Shown: in pieces, positions 20,647 through 30,372 of the stretch
How the letters are laid out: each line of letters begins with the position of its first letter
Numbering within the stretch: the first letter of the stretch is position 1
DNA from: an uncultured Alphaproteobacteria bacterium
GTDB lineage: Bacteria; Pseudomonadota; Alphaproteobacteria; Rs-D84
Direction of reading: 5' to 3'
DNA length: 64,000 bases
NCBI GenBank assembly: GCA_944389135.1
Contig: CALXLG010000005.1
Span: 1,532 to 65,531, forward strand
The notes under the pieces: model-generated
Database searches by the model: none
What the model was told of the DNA's origin: nothing
Seen by the model: only the letters and a program-made list of their open reading frames with translations
Program-made: the position numbers and the translations under genes

Positions 20647-21048
20647 ATGTCGCGTAGAAGACAACGTGGGGCGGATGCAAGCATTTCTTTGACGCCAATG
20701 ATAGATATCATGACTGTACTATTGGCTGTTTTTATGGTCACAACGCCTATGTTGACAACTGGAATTGATTTAGATTTACCACGTGCGGGAAATTCCGCAC
20801 TGTCTGGTAATGACCATGCTATTCAGATAAGTGTTGACGCAAATGGTCGCTATTATGTCGGTAAATCAGAATTGGGCTTAGAAGATGTTGTTAAGCGTGT
20901 AATTGCGATGCGCGGTGAAAATGCACAATTAACCATAATGATAAACGGTGATAGACATGCCGACTACGGTGCTGTTATGGCAGTTATGGGGAAGCTTAAA
21001 GATGTTGGCTTTCAACGTGTAGGTTTGCGAACACAGGTAGAAAAATAA
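20647..21048 (+). CDS. tolR: TolR/ExbD
   Basis: LTPMIDIMTVLLAVFMVT, GD...YG.VM. Confidence 0.88.
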   Translation: MSRRRQRGADASISLTPMIDIMTVLLAVFMVTTPMLTTGIDLDLPRAGNSALSGNDHAIQISVDANGRYYVGKSELGLEDVVKRVIAMRGENAQLTIMINGDRHADYGAVMAVMGKLKDVGFQRVGLRTQVEK

Positions 21049-21049
21049 T

Positions 21050-21808
21050 ATGAACTTTTCAGATAGATTTTCTTCAGAAAATTTATTGATGTCTGTTTGT
21101 GGGCATTTGTTTTTGGTTGCCATAATGATAACGTCTTTTGTCGTGGTGGTAGATAGAGCTAAATTGGTCGCACCAGATAGAATTGAAATAATGGAAATAG
21201 ACTTAAATTCTGTAAAAGTCAGTGGCGATGAAAGTATTTTGTATAATGTAAATGCAGATAAAGAGCCAGTTCCAGAAACAAAAGAAGAAATACAAAAAGA
21301 AGAAAAAGTTGCGGAACCAGAAAAAGAAATTGAACCAGAACCAATAGAAACACCAAGCTTGGTTGAAGAAAAAAAAGAAGAAATCAAAGATTCCGACTCA
21401 AGCAAAAAGGAAAAAGTGGAAGAAATAAAGCAAGAACCCAAGAAGAAAAGAACGGTTGTTCGTGTTAATCGAGAAGTTGTGTCATTAGATAGAACATTAA
21501 CTATTTCTGTGGTTGATGCGTTGCGTGTGGCAATGACGCGTTGTTGGGTAATAGATAAGAACCGTCCAGACATAGATAATATTCGTGCGGTTGCACATTT
21601 AACAATGCGCAGAAATGGAACAGTTAGAGATGTTTGGTTTGAATCTGCAGCACGCGAACAGACTGACCCTGCTTTTGCATATGTATTACAAACGGTTCGT
21701 CGCGCAATAGATGTTTGCCAACCGTTTAGGATGTTGCCTGTAAATGAATTTGATAAATGGGAAAAAATTCAATTAACTTTTTATCCAAGTCAAGGTAAGG
21801 TAATGTAA
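21050..21808 (+). CDS. tolA: TolA-like energy transducer
   Basis: TM with SxxxH (SVCGH), Glu/Lys/Pro linker, C-terminal CW...CQPF domain. Confidence 0.75.
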   Translation: MNFSDRFSSENLLMSVCGHLFLVAIMITSFVVVVDRAKLVAPDRIEIMEIDLNSVKVSGDESILYNVNADKEPVPETKEEIQKEEKVAEPEKEIEPEPIETPSLVEEKKEEIKDSDSSKKEKVEEIKQEPKKKRTVVRVNREVVSLDRTLTISVVDALRVAMTRCWVIDKNRPDIDNIRAVAHLTMRRNGTVRDVWFESAAREQTDPAFAYVLQTVRRAIDVCQPFRMLPVNEFDKWEKIQLTFYPSQGKVM

Positions 21809-21833
21809 AAAAACGCCAATTTGGCGTTTTTTT
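21807..21833. terminator. Bidirectional terminator (tolA/rnpB)
   Basis: aaaaaaacgccaa-t-ttggcgttttttt. Confidence 0.8.
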
Positions 21834-22157
21834 AACAGAAGCACTATAAGCCGGATTCTGTTCTGCCAAGGTCCAGTTTGTTCAACCAAACCAAGGTAGC
21901 GAGCATAATTAATCTGCATAATGTGTTACCACAAGATGTCAAGCCTTCTACCCGTTCCCAACGAGGGACTGCGTATAGGGAACCTATTTGAAGTTGCTGC
22001 GCATAGAGATTGCCCGTTTCACTCGAATTAAATCGTTTACGTCACTGTTGCTCTAATCGTCGGATTACTCCGCTCGGTAAATTAGCCGATATGCTGTCCC
22101 AAGCAGTCCGGACTTTCCTCCGCCTAATATAAGACGGCTATGCTCTGTGCTTCTGTT
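21834..22157 (-). ncRNA. rnpB: RNase P RNA
   Basis: Minus strand has GAGGAAAGTCCGG and AACAGAATCCGGCTTAT conserved regions; P1 aacagaagcac/gtgcttctgtt. Confidence 0.93.
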
Positions 22158-22274
22158 GTGCGAAATTTTATCAGTAAAAAAATATTTTTCAAATAAATTT
22201 AATTTTTTTCACTTGAGGCATATATGCAATATTTTCTAAGATAAAGGGTAAAAGAGAAGGAGTATTAAGGGGAA

Positions 22275-25200
22275 ATGCGCAAAATCCTTGGTTTTCTAGC
22301 GTGTTTGTTAATGTTAATTACAGCAGGTAATGTACTTGCTGCTGGTTATACATGCCCTACTTATAAGAAATACACCAGCTGTAAATCTGGGTATTATATA
22401 TCAAACTGCCCTACTTCATCATCTAGTTGGACAGGGCAAACTATATCAAGTAGCAGTTTAACAACAGGTAATTCATGTAAAGCCTGCCCTACGGGATATA
22501 CTTGTTCTGGCGGTTTGGTGTGTCCAAAAGCAAAGACAGTAACTTGTTCTGCGGGTTATTATTTACCTGCTAATGCTACTTCTTGTTCTGCATGTGGTGG
22601 AAATAGGTATTGGTGTCCTGGTGGAACATTTACACCGTCTAGTAGTGCACAGGGACGAAATTCTGTTACTTCTGGTTATTATACTACTGGTGGAACGCCG
22701 ACAACCCGTACAGGACAATCAGCCTGTGGAAGTAACGCATATTATTGTACAGGTGGTGTAAGAAACCGTGTAAGTAGTGGTTATTACTCTACTGGTGGAA
22801 CATCGACAACCCGTACAGGTCAGTCACAATGTACAGGTGCAACGTATTGCAGTAGTGGTGTAAAAAATAATTGTCCTGGTAGCTATACTGCGAACACAAC
22901 CGCAGGAAAGACTTCGGCAAGTCAGTGTCAAATAAGCTGTGCTGCAGGAACACGAGTTGCAACAAAGAATGGTTCTTGTACAACGTCTTCTGGGGCTTGG
23001 TTTAGTTCGGCAACAACAACGAATTATGGACAAGTTTCATTATATAATTTCTGTCCTAAAGGTTTTAACTCCTCAAGTACAAGTGCTTCTGGACATGATG
23101 CGTCAACAGATTGCAAAATAAGTATTTCTGGTGGAAAATATATATCTGCTAATAATATGCAGGCAAGATATGTGAAATTATGGTCTTCTGGAAATACAAC
23201 GAATACTTTGACTCATGTTGTTGAAATACAGGCATTTGCATCTAGCAATGGAACTGGTACCAATTTATTATCAGGTAAAGGTGGAACACGAGGAAGTAAT
23301 TTAACCAATGCAACAAATGGTAGTTGGTCACGTAGTGCGTATGCTTCTGGTACAACAGGGGATTTAGATTTGATTTGGGATATGGGTAGCGTTCAAACTG
23401 TCGGGTCAATAAAGTTTGCTATGTATACGGATGGTAGAACTTATAACGATGTTCAAATCGCTTTGTCTACCAATGGTACCACTTGGACAACTGTTTTGGG
23501 GCCAGTAGACATAATTACTCAGAATTTAATGACTGCATCTCCTCATCTGTTGGTTGTTGCCCCCTCGCAGCAGAATTCGTGTCCAGCAGGAACGGCTATT
23601 TCGTCCAGAACAAAAGCTTTGTTAAGTGCTGCAGGCAGTTGTAGTGCTTGTACTGGACGCACAAAGTATAGTGCTGCCGGCGCCAGTTCTTGTAGTACAG
23701 TAAGCAGTGGATATTATACAACAGGATGTAATACAAGTGGTAATAATTGTACGGGTCAAACTCAATGTACCGGTGCAACATATTGTGCCAGTGGTGTAAA
23801 AAATAATTGCCCATCTGGATATACCGCGAATACAACAGCTGGTAAAACTGCGGCGAGCCAATGCCAAATAAGTTGCGCAGCTGGTGCAAGAGTAGCAACT
23901 AAAAATGCTGCCTGTACGTCACCTGCCGGTAATTGGATAAGCACTGCTGCCACAACCACTAATTATGGGCAAGTTTCTTTGGTAACTTATTGCCCCGCTG
24001 GATTTTATGCCGCCGGTACTACAGCAGCAGGACATAATGCCGCATCTGATTGTACCGTTTCTGTATCAGGGGGGTATTACATACCGTCTAATACGATGAA
24101 GACAAGATATATAAGAATGCAGTCAGGTGATTATCCTATGTATGTTACAGAAATACAGGCTTTTGCTGCAAATAACGCTACGGGAACAAATTTGTTGCTT
24201 GGTAAGGGCGGTATAGCTGGTTCTAATTTAACTAATGCGACCAATAATAATTGGAACCCTACAGTATATGCCTCTGGTACAGACTTGATTTGGGATATTG
24301 GTAGTATTCAAACTGTAGCTTCTATTAAATTTGCTTTGTCGAGTAATGTATCAACAAATTCTCCTGAAGTTGTAATAGCTTTTTCAGAAAATGGTAGTGA
24401 ATGGACTATGGTAATGGAACCAACAACAATAACGCCACGTTCTGGTGTTTCGCAGTTGCCAGGAGAAATACTTATTGTTGCACCTAGTGAAGAATTAAAG
24501 TGCTCTGCTGGTACTTTCGGTGCATCAAGAACAAAGCCTTTATTAAATGCGGCAGATACTTGTACTAAGTGTACAGGTGCAACCTACTCTGGTGCTGGGG
24601 CGTCGGCTTGTACTAGTTGCCCTGCACAAACAAGTGGTTGGACAAGAGCAACTGGCACTGGTTGGACTTCGTACACATCTTGCTATCAAACGAAATCGGG
24701 TACGGCAATAAGTTCATATTGTAGTTCTGGCACACTTAAGCAAACCGCAACAAGTTCAACTACTTGGGGTGCTACAACAATATCATCTGCATTAAGTGCA
24801 AAAGCTGGTGCATATGTAAATGGTCAAACATGTAGCCAATGTACGTCAGGATACTATTGTACAGGTGGAACAACCGCAAGGAAAGCCTGCTCAACTCTGG
24901 CAAATGGATTTTATCCGAACAGTGCTGCAGGTTCTGATGCAGCAACAGATTGTTATACAGACGACTTAAGTGGGCAATATATTGCAAGTGCAAAGGCAAC
25001 AAGCGCTACTAACTGTGCAGCTGGCACATATAAAGGTAAAAATAATGTAAACTATGGCTCTACATCCAGCTGTAGTGCATGTACAGGTGCAACTTATTCT
25101 GGCGCTGGCGCATCTTCTTGTACAAGTTGTCCTAAAGCTACTAAGTATTTGGATAGAGTAACCAGCTATTCGTATTGGACAAGTGATGGTGTTCATGATG

Positions 25201-27281
25201 ACAGGTATGGATGCAGAGCTTTTATAAAAGAAGATGATCCAAAAGGCAATTATACTATGTCATGTTCTTTATCTAGTACAAACGAAGACTATGGGGTGTT
25301 GGGTAGTAGTCTACATTGTATGGCATCAAGTATTAGCAGTTGTATAGGTGGGTATTATGCACCAAGTGGTACAAGTAATACTTGGGCAGAAAGCGTTGAA
25401 GCTTTAAAAGACGTTGTTTGTGTTGATGCAGGAAAAGGTTATTATTCACCAGAAGGAAATATAAACAGAACTCAGTGCCCAACTGGTTATACTGATGGTA
25501 ATGCCGCAACTGCAGAAAGTGGTTGTAAAATGAGTGTTGACGCAGGAAAATATGTGGCAAGCGCAAAGGCAACAAGCGCGACGCCATGTGCTAATTGGAC
25601 ATACAAGGGGGCTCATACAGTAAACTATGGTTCTACATCCAGTTGTACATCTTGTCCTACATTAACTAGCGGGTGGACAAAAGCAACAGGTACTGGATGG
25701 ACTTCGTACACATCTTGCTATCAAACGAAATCGGGTACGGCAATAAGTTCATATTGTAGTTCTGGAACACTTAAACAGACTGCAACAAGTTCAACTACTT
25801 GGGGAGCGACAACAATATCATCTGCATTAAGTGCAAAAGCTGGTGCATATGTAAATGGTCAAACATGTAGCCAATGTACGTCAGGATACTATTGTACAGG
25901 TGGAACAACCGCAAGGAAAGCCTGTGTTATAGGTTCTTATAGCGCGGCAGGTGCATCTAGTTGTATTGCCTGCGCAGATGGAAAAACAACAAGTGCCGCA
26001 GGTAGTAAGTCTTGTAATGCAACCTGCTCTAATGCAAATGACAGTGATGGAGATTCTGCTGTTAAAGGTTGGGTTGATACAACGTGGAATACGAATAATA
26101 CTGTATCAAATTTATGTAAGGCCGCGTCTTGTTTGGGTGGCGAAAATGGGCACTACCTAGATAACGGTAATTGCCCGCGCTGTGATAGTTTTGCGAACGG
26201 CTTATATCCACGCAGTTCTAATAGTGGTACAACAAAGGGACAAGAAGCATGTTTCTTATATACTGCGGATATACCTGGAAAGTATATTGCATCTCAAAGA
26301 GCAACCAGTGCGACTTTGTGCCAAAAAGGAACTTATTCTGCAGGTTCAACGTCAAGAGTTGTTCATTATGGTGAAACGTCAAGTTGTGATGGGTGCCCTG
26401 ATAATACATATGCAGATGAACAAGGTTTAACAGCATGCAAATCGTGTTTGGAAAACTATACAACTTATGGTGCAAAGACATCGCCGTCTGCATGCAGAAT
26501 ATTATGTCAGGGTGGTTCGTATCTTGCGTCCGCTAATGCTACGCAGTGTTCCAATGTAGGTTCAGGATATTGGGCGCCACAGGCATATGTTACACAAGGT
26601 AATGTTGGTACAAGAAACAGATGTGCAACAGGTTTAACAACAATCGGTTTTGGCTCTGGTGCAGATGAAGAAGACGATTGTGGTAGAATACTTCATATTG
26701 GAGACGGAAAATTATACTTAAGAAGTACGAAAAAAACAGATTTAGCATTGAATGTAAATATAGGGGGGACCACTTATTATGGCAATATGTCCACAGAAGA
26801 TAAATTTATGAGTGACGGAATAGAAAAAAGCTTAAAACTTAATGTAAACGGAACAATATACTCTGTCTACGATGATAGTGCAGATGCCTTCTTTGGTGGT
26901 GGTGAAACAGGCATATCTATAAGCCCGAATTTAGCTGCAACAACGATAGTTCCTGCATCGTATAATAACGCGTCAGGTTTAAGCTGGTCCGCAACTTTAT
27001 CTGATGGTACAACGGTGTCTGGTGTTGGTGCTTGTGATGCAACAACCGCAGAAAATGGAGATGTTTCAGCAGATGGATTTTCGCCAAGTGGAACAGGAAG
27101 TGGTTGTTGGTGTAAAATTAATTCGCCGGCACAAGGTGCCAGATATGTATACGGAACAACTAATTCGTCTTGTTCTACTAAATGCGGATATTTCTGTGCT
27201 AATAATATGAAAGGCACCAGTGCCAAGAACATTACATATCGTACGAATTTGTATACAACCGCAGGAATATCAGTTCAATAA
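22275..27281 (+). CDS. Giant secreted Cys/Thr/Ser/Gly-rich repeat protein with two discoidin-like domains
   Basis: 1668 aa; signal peptide; repeated C..C..G.Y (GCC2/GCC3-like) units; ARYVKL..EIQAF and STNGTTW motifs. Confidence 0.9.
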   Translation: MRKILGFLACLLMLITAGNVLAAGYTCPTYKKYTSCKSGYYISNCPTSSSSWTGQTISSSSLTTGNSCKACPTGYTCSGGLVCPKAKTVTCSAGYYLPANATSCSACGGNRYWCPGGTFTPSSSAQGRNSVTSGYYTTGGTPTTRTGQSACGSNAYYCTGGVRNRVSSGYYSTGGTSTTRTGQSQCTGATYCSSGVKNNCPGSYTANTTAGKTSASQCQISCAAGTRVATKNGSCTTSSGAWFSSATTTNYGQVSLYNFCPKGFNSSSTSASGHDASTDCKISISGGKYISANNMQARYVKLWSSGNTTNTLTHVVEIQAFASSNGTGTNLLSGKGGTRGSNLTNATNGSWSRSAYASGTTGDLDLIWDMGSVQTVGSIKFAMYTDGRTYNDVQIALSTNGTTWTTVLGPVDIITQNLMTASPHLLVVAPSQQNSCPAGTAISSRTKALLSAAGSCSACTGRTKYSAAGASSCSTVSSGYYTTGCNTSGNNCTGQTQCTGATYCASGVKNNCPSGYTANTTAGKTAASQCQISCAAGARVATKNAACTSPAGNWISTAATTTNYGQVSLVTYCPAGFYAAGTTAAGHNAASDCTVSVSGGYYIPSNTMKTRYIRMQSGDYPMYVTEIQAFAANNATGTNLLLGKGGIAGSNLTNATNNNWNPTVYASGTDLIWDIGSIQTVASIKFALSSNVSTNSPEVVIAFSENGSEWTMVMEPTTITPRSGVSQLPGEILIVAPSEELKCSAGTFGASRTKPLLNAADTCTKCTGATYSGAGASACTSCPAQTSGWTRATGTGWTSYTSCYQTKSGTAISSYCSSGTLKQTATSSTTWGATTISSALSAKAGAYVNGQTCSQCTSGYYCTGGTTARKACSTLANGFYPNSAAGSDAATDCYTDDLSGQYIASAKATSATNCAAGTYKGKNNVNYGSTSSCSACTGATYSGAGASSCTSCPKATKYLDRVTSYSYWTSDGVHDDRYGCRAFIKEDDPKGNYTMSCSLSSTNEDYGVLGSSLHCMASSISSCIGGYYAPSGTSNTWAESVEALKDVVCVDAGKGYYSPEGNINRTQCPTGYTDGNAATAESGCKMSVDAGKYVASAKATSATPCANWTYKGAHTVNYGSTSSCTSCPTLTSGWTKATGTGWTSYTSCYQTKSGTAISSYCSSGTLKQTATSSTTWGATTISSALSAKAGAYVNGQTCSQCTSGYYCTGGTTARKACVIGSYSAAGASSCIACADGKTTSAAGSKSCNATCSNANDSDGDSAVKGWVDTTWNTNNTVSNLCKAASCLGGENGHYLDNGNCPRCDSFANGLYPRSSNSGTTKGQEACFLYTADIPGKYIASQRATSATLCQKGTYSAGSTSRVVHYGETSSCDGCPDNTYADEQGLTACKSCLENYTTYGAKTSPSACRILCQGGSYLASANATQCSNVGSGYWAPQAYVTQGNVGTRNRCATGLTTIGFGSGADEEDDCGRILHIGDGKLYLRSTKKTDLALNVNIGGTTYYGNMSTEDKFMSDGIEKSLKLNVNGTIYSVYDDSADAFFGGGETGISISPNLAATTIVPASYNNASGLSWSATLSDGTTVSGVGACDATTAENGDVSADGFSPSGTGSGCWCKINSPAQGARYVYGTTNSSCSTKCGYFCANNMKGTSAKNITYRTNLYTTAGISVQ
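24663..25924 (+). repeat. 227-bp intragenic direct repeat (24663-24889 and 25698-25924)
   Basis: Direct comparison shows 6 differences, all synonymous. Confidence 0.9.
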
Positions 27282-27300
27282 AAAAGCGCTAATTATATAA

Positions 27301-27516
27301 TTAGCGCTTTTCCCCTTGATGTTTTGCAGCAATAAGTGCTGTCTTTAAAGATTGTTCGGCAATTTGTCGTAATTTTTGGGCAAATGTTCGCATATTCATG
27401 GCGTCTGCCACGCTGTCGCCAAAAATCTGTGCAATATACTCTATTTGTGTGGGTGCAATTACAAAAACATCACTGGTTATATTAGAAGGACTTAGACGAT
27501 AAACATTTTCTCTCAT
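27301..27516 (-). CDS. Small hypothetical protein (C-terminus QGEKR)
   Basis: 71 aa; strong SD gggagg upstream. Confidence 0.65.
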   Translation of the reverse strand: MRENVYRLSPSNITSDVFVIAPTQIEYIAQIFGDSVADAMNMRTFAQKLRQIAEQSLKTALIAAKHQGEKR

Positions 27517-27651
27517 TATGCAAAACCTCCCTAAAAATATAAAAAATCAATTTTGATACTTGTTTGTTCGTTTGTTTGCATTATATCATAAAGTATCTTG
27601 ACCGCAAGCCGCAAAATTGCTATACCAATCAAGAAAAGATAAGGAAAAAGT

Positions 27652-30261
27652 ATGTTAAAAAATATAATTGGAAAAATTCTGGGGTCTGCAAATGACAGAC
27701 TTGTAAAGTCTTATGACAAAACTGTGTCTTTAATCAACGACTTAGAACCTAAATATCATGCAATGTCTGATGAAGAGTTGCGTGCACAGACTGATGTATT
27801 GCGTAAGCGTATTGCAGACGGTGAAAAAGAAAAAAATATTTTGCCAGATGCTTTTGCTCTTGTTCGTGAAGCGTCAATTCGTTCTATTGGCTTGCGTCAT
27901 TTCAATGTCCAGATGATTGGTGGTATGGTTTTGACAAACGGTCAAATTGCAGAAATGAAGACCGGTGAAGGTAAAACTTTGGTTGCGACTTTGGCGCTTT
28001 ATTTGAAGGCTTTGTATGGTAAAGGCGCACATCTTATTACTGTTAATGATTATTTAGCTTCCCGAGACGCAGAATGGATGGGGCAAGTTTATCGCTTTTT
28101 AGGTATGTCTGTCGGTATAATACAGCATGATATGACCGATGACGAACGTCGTAATGCATATGCTTGTGATATTACATATGTAACGAATTCAGAACTAGGT
28201 TTTGATTATTTGCGTGATAATATGAAATTCTCAAAATCTCAGCAGGTATTACGCCCGTTATTCTTTGCCATCGTTGACGAAGTTGATAGTATTTTGATTG
28301 ACGAAGCTCGTACCCCTTTAATTATTTCTGGACCGGCAGAAGACACCAGTGAGCTTTATGAAAAAGTTGACGCGGTTGTTGCAAAACTAGGACCAGATGA
28401 CTATAAGAAAGACGAAAAAGATAGACATGTTACTTTGACCGAGGCTGGTGTTGATACCGCTACACGTCTATTAAAAGAAGCGGGTTTGCTGGTTGGTGAT
28501 AACTTATATGCGTCAGAAAATGCGGCACTTGTTATGCATATTCAACAGTCTTTGTTGGCACACCACTTGTATCAAAAGAACGTTAATTATGTTGTAAGAA
28601 ACGGTGAAATTCTGATAGTTGATGAATTCACTGGGCGTGTTATGACAGGACGTCGCTTTGGTAAAGGCTTGCATCAGGCAATTGAAGCAAAAGAACATGT
28701 AAAAGTTCAGCCTGAAAATCAGACAGTTTCTAGCATTTCTTATCAGAACTTGTTCCGTTTGTACCCTACTCTTTCTGGTATGACGGGTACTGCAATGACA
28801 GAAGCGGCAGAATTTGAAGAAATTTATAAGTTGCGTGTTGTTTCAATTCCTACAAATCGCCCGGTTGCACGTATTGACCATCATGACGAAATATATCGTA
28901 ATAAAGAAGAAAAGTATGATGCGATTATAAAGCAAATTAGCGATTGTATGGCAAGAAAGCAACCTGTTCTGGTTGGTACCGTTTCAATTGAAAAATCTGA
29001 AGAGCTGGCGGCAATTGTTCGTAAAAAACTTGGTATAGAGCCAGCAGTTCTTAACGCGAAACATCATGAATCTGAAGCAAAAATTGTTGCACAGGCAGGT
29101 GCACCAGGTGCTGTAACAATCGCAACTAATATGGCTGGTCGTGGTACTGATATTAAATTGGGTGGTAATGCAGAAGATTTAATTGCTGCGTTAAGCCCAG
29201 AAGACCCAGATTTTGAAGCTAAGAAAAAAGAAATCTATGAAAAAATAGAAAATAATAAAAAGCAGGTGTTAGAAGCTGGTGGTTTGTACGTAATTGGTAC
29301 AGAACGTCATGAATCACGTCGTATTGATAATCAGTTGCGTGGTCGTAGCGGTCGTCAGGGTGACCCAGGTGATTCTAAATTCTTCTTGGCGTTGGATGAC
29401 GATTTAATGCGTATATTTGGTGCAGCGCGTCTTAACGGTATGTTAACCACGTTGGGCCTAAAAACGGGTGAAGCTATTACTCATCCGTGGATAACGAAAG
29501 CTCTTGAAAAAGCCCAGAAACGCGTAGAATCAAGATACTTTGAATCTCGTAAAGAATTATTAAAGTATGATGACGTTATGAATGAACAGCGTGGTGTAGT
29601 CTATAAGCAACGTGATGATTTAATGACGTCTGAAGATTTAGCGCCGTTGGCGAAAGAAATGATTGGCGACGTTGTTGAAATGATTTGCGAAAATAATATA
29701 CCTGAAAAATCTCATCCAATGGATTGGAACACAGAAGGTATTCATAATGCAATGATACGCGTCTTTGCCTTGGATATAACAGATATAGAAAAATGGAAAA
29801 CAGACGAAACTATTACAGAACGTAAAGCGTATGAGTCTTTGTTGGCTTTGGCAATGCGCAGATATAACAATCAGGCAGAAAAGTATGGTCCTGAATTAAT
29901 GCAGATGGCGTCACGTCAAATGATGCTGGGTGCCTTAGATTCTGTGTGGAAACGTCATTTGCAGCAAATGGATTATTTGCAGACAGCAATAGGTTTGCGT
30001 GGTTATGCACAGAAAAATCCTTTATATGAATACAAACGTGAAGCATTAGATTTATTTAAGAACACAATAAATAATTTCAAGATAATGTCTGTATCTTATA
30101 TTTCAAGAATGGAGCTGACACGCGAAGATGTTGCAGCAACAGAAAAAGAACGTGCACAACATGATGCGGCGTTAAATCAGGCCGGTGAAGCACGCAGAAA
30201 TGCGCCCTGTCCGTGTGGGTCTGGCTTAAAATACAAGCATTGTTGTGGAAAACTTCATTAA
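27652..30261 (+). CDS. secA: Preprotein translocase ATPase SecA
   Basis: MKTGEGKT, DEVDSILIDEARTPLIISG, C-terminal SEC-C CPCGSG.KYKHCC. Confidence 0.98.
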   Translation: MLKNIIGKILGSANDRLVKSYDKTVSLINDLEPKYHAMSDEELRAQTDVLRKRIADGEKEKNILPDAFALVREASIRSIGLRHFNVQMIGGMVLTNGQIAEMKTGEGKTLVATLALYLKALYGKGAHLITVNDYLASRDAEWMGQVYRFLGMSVGIIQHDMTDDERRNAYACDITYVTNSELGFDYLRDNMKFSKSQQVLRPLFFAIVDEVDSILIDEARTPLIISGPAEDTSELYEKVDAVVAKLGPDDYKKDEKDRHVTLTEAGVDTATRLLKEAGLLVGDNLYASENAALVMHIQQSLLAHHLYQKNVNYVVRNGEILIVDEFTGRVMTGRRFGKGLHQAIEAKEHVKVQPENQTVSSISYQNLFRLYPTLSGMTGTAMTEAAEFEEIYKLRVVSIPTNRPVARIDHHDEIYRNKEEKYDAIIKQISDCMARKQPVLVGTVSIEKSEELAAIVRKKLGIEPAVLNAKHHESEAKIVAQAGAPGAVTIATNMAGRGTDIKLGGNAEDLIAALSPEDPDFEAKKKEIYEKIENNKKQVLEAGGLYVIGTERHESRRIDNQLRGRSGRQGDPGDSKFFLALDDDLMRIFGAARLNGMLTTLGLKTGEAITHPWITKALEKAQKRVESRYFESRKELLKYDDVMNEQRGVVYKQRDDLMTSEDLAPLAKEMIGDVVEMICENNIPEKSHPMDWNTEGIHNAMIRVFALDITDIEKWKTDETITERKAYESLLALAMRRYNNQAEKYGPELMQMASRQMMLGALDSVWKRHLQQMDYLQTAIGLRGYAQKNPLYEYKREALDLFKNTINNFKIMSVSYISRMELTREDVAATEKERAQHDAALNQAGEARRNAPCPCGSGLKYKHCCGKLH

Positions 30262-30264
30262 TGT

Positions 30265-30291
30265 GCGGGGGTAAAAATCCCCGCTTTTTTT
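30265..30291 (+). terminator. secA terminator
   Basis: gcgggg...ccccgc followed by T7. Confidence 0.75.
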
Positions 30292-30372
30292 ATAAAAGCT
30301 GTCAATAAAAAAATCCTAAAAATTTTAAATATAGGGTTGCGTTAGTTATGGCTTTTTTGCTATCGTGCCGGC

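Noticed and set aside
24663-25924. Diversity-generating retroelement TR/VR pair
   Set aside because: The differences are synonymous and not adenine-specific, both copies are in-frame coding, and there is no reverse transcriptase in the window.
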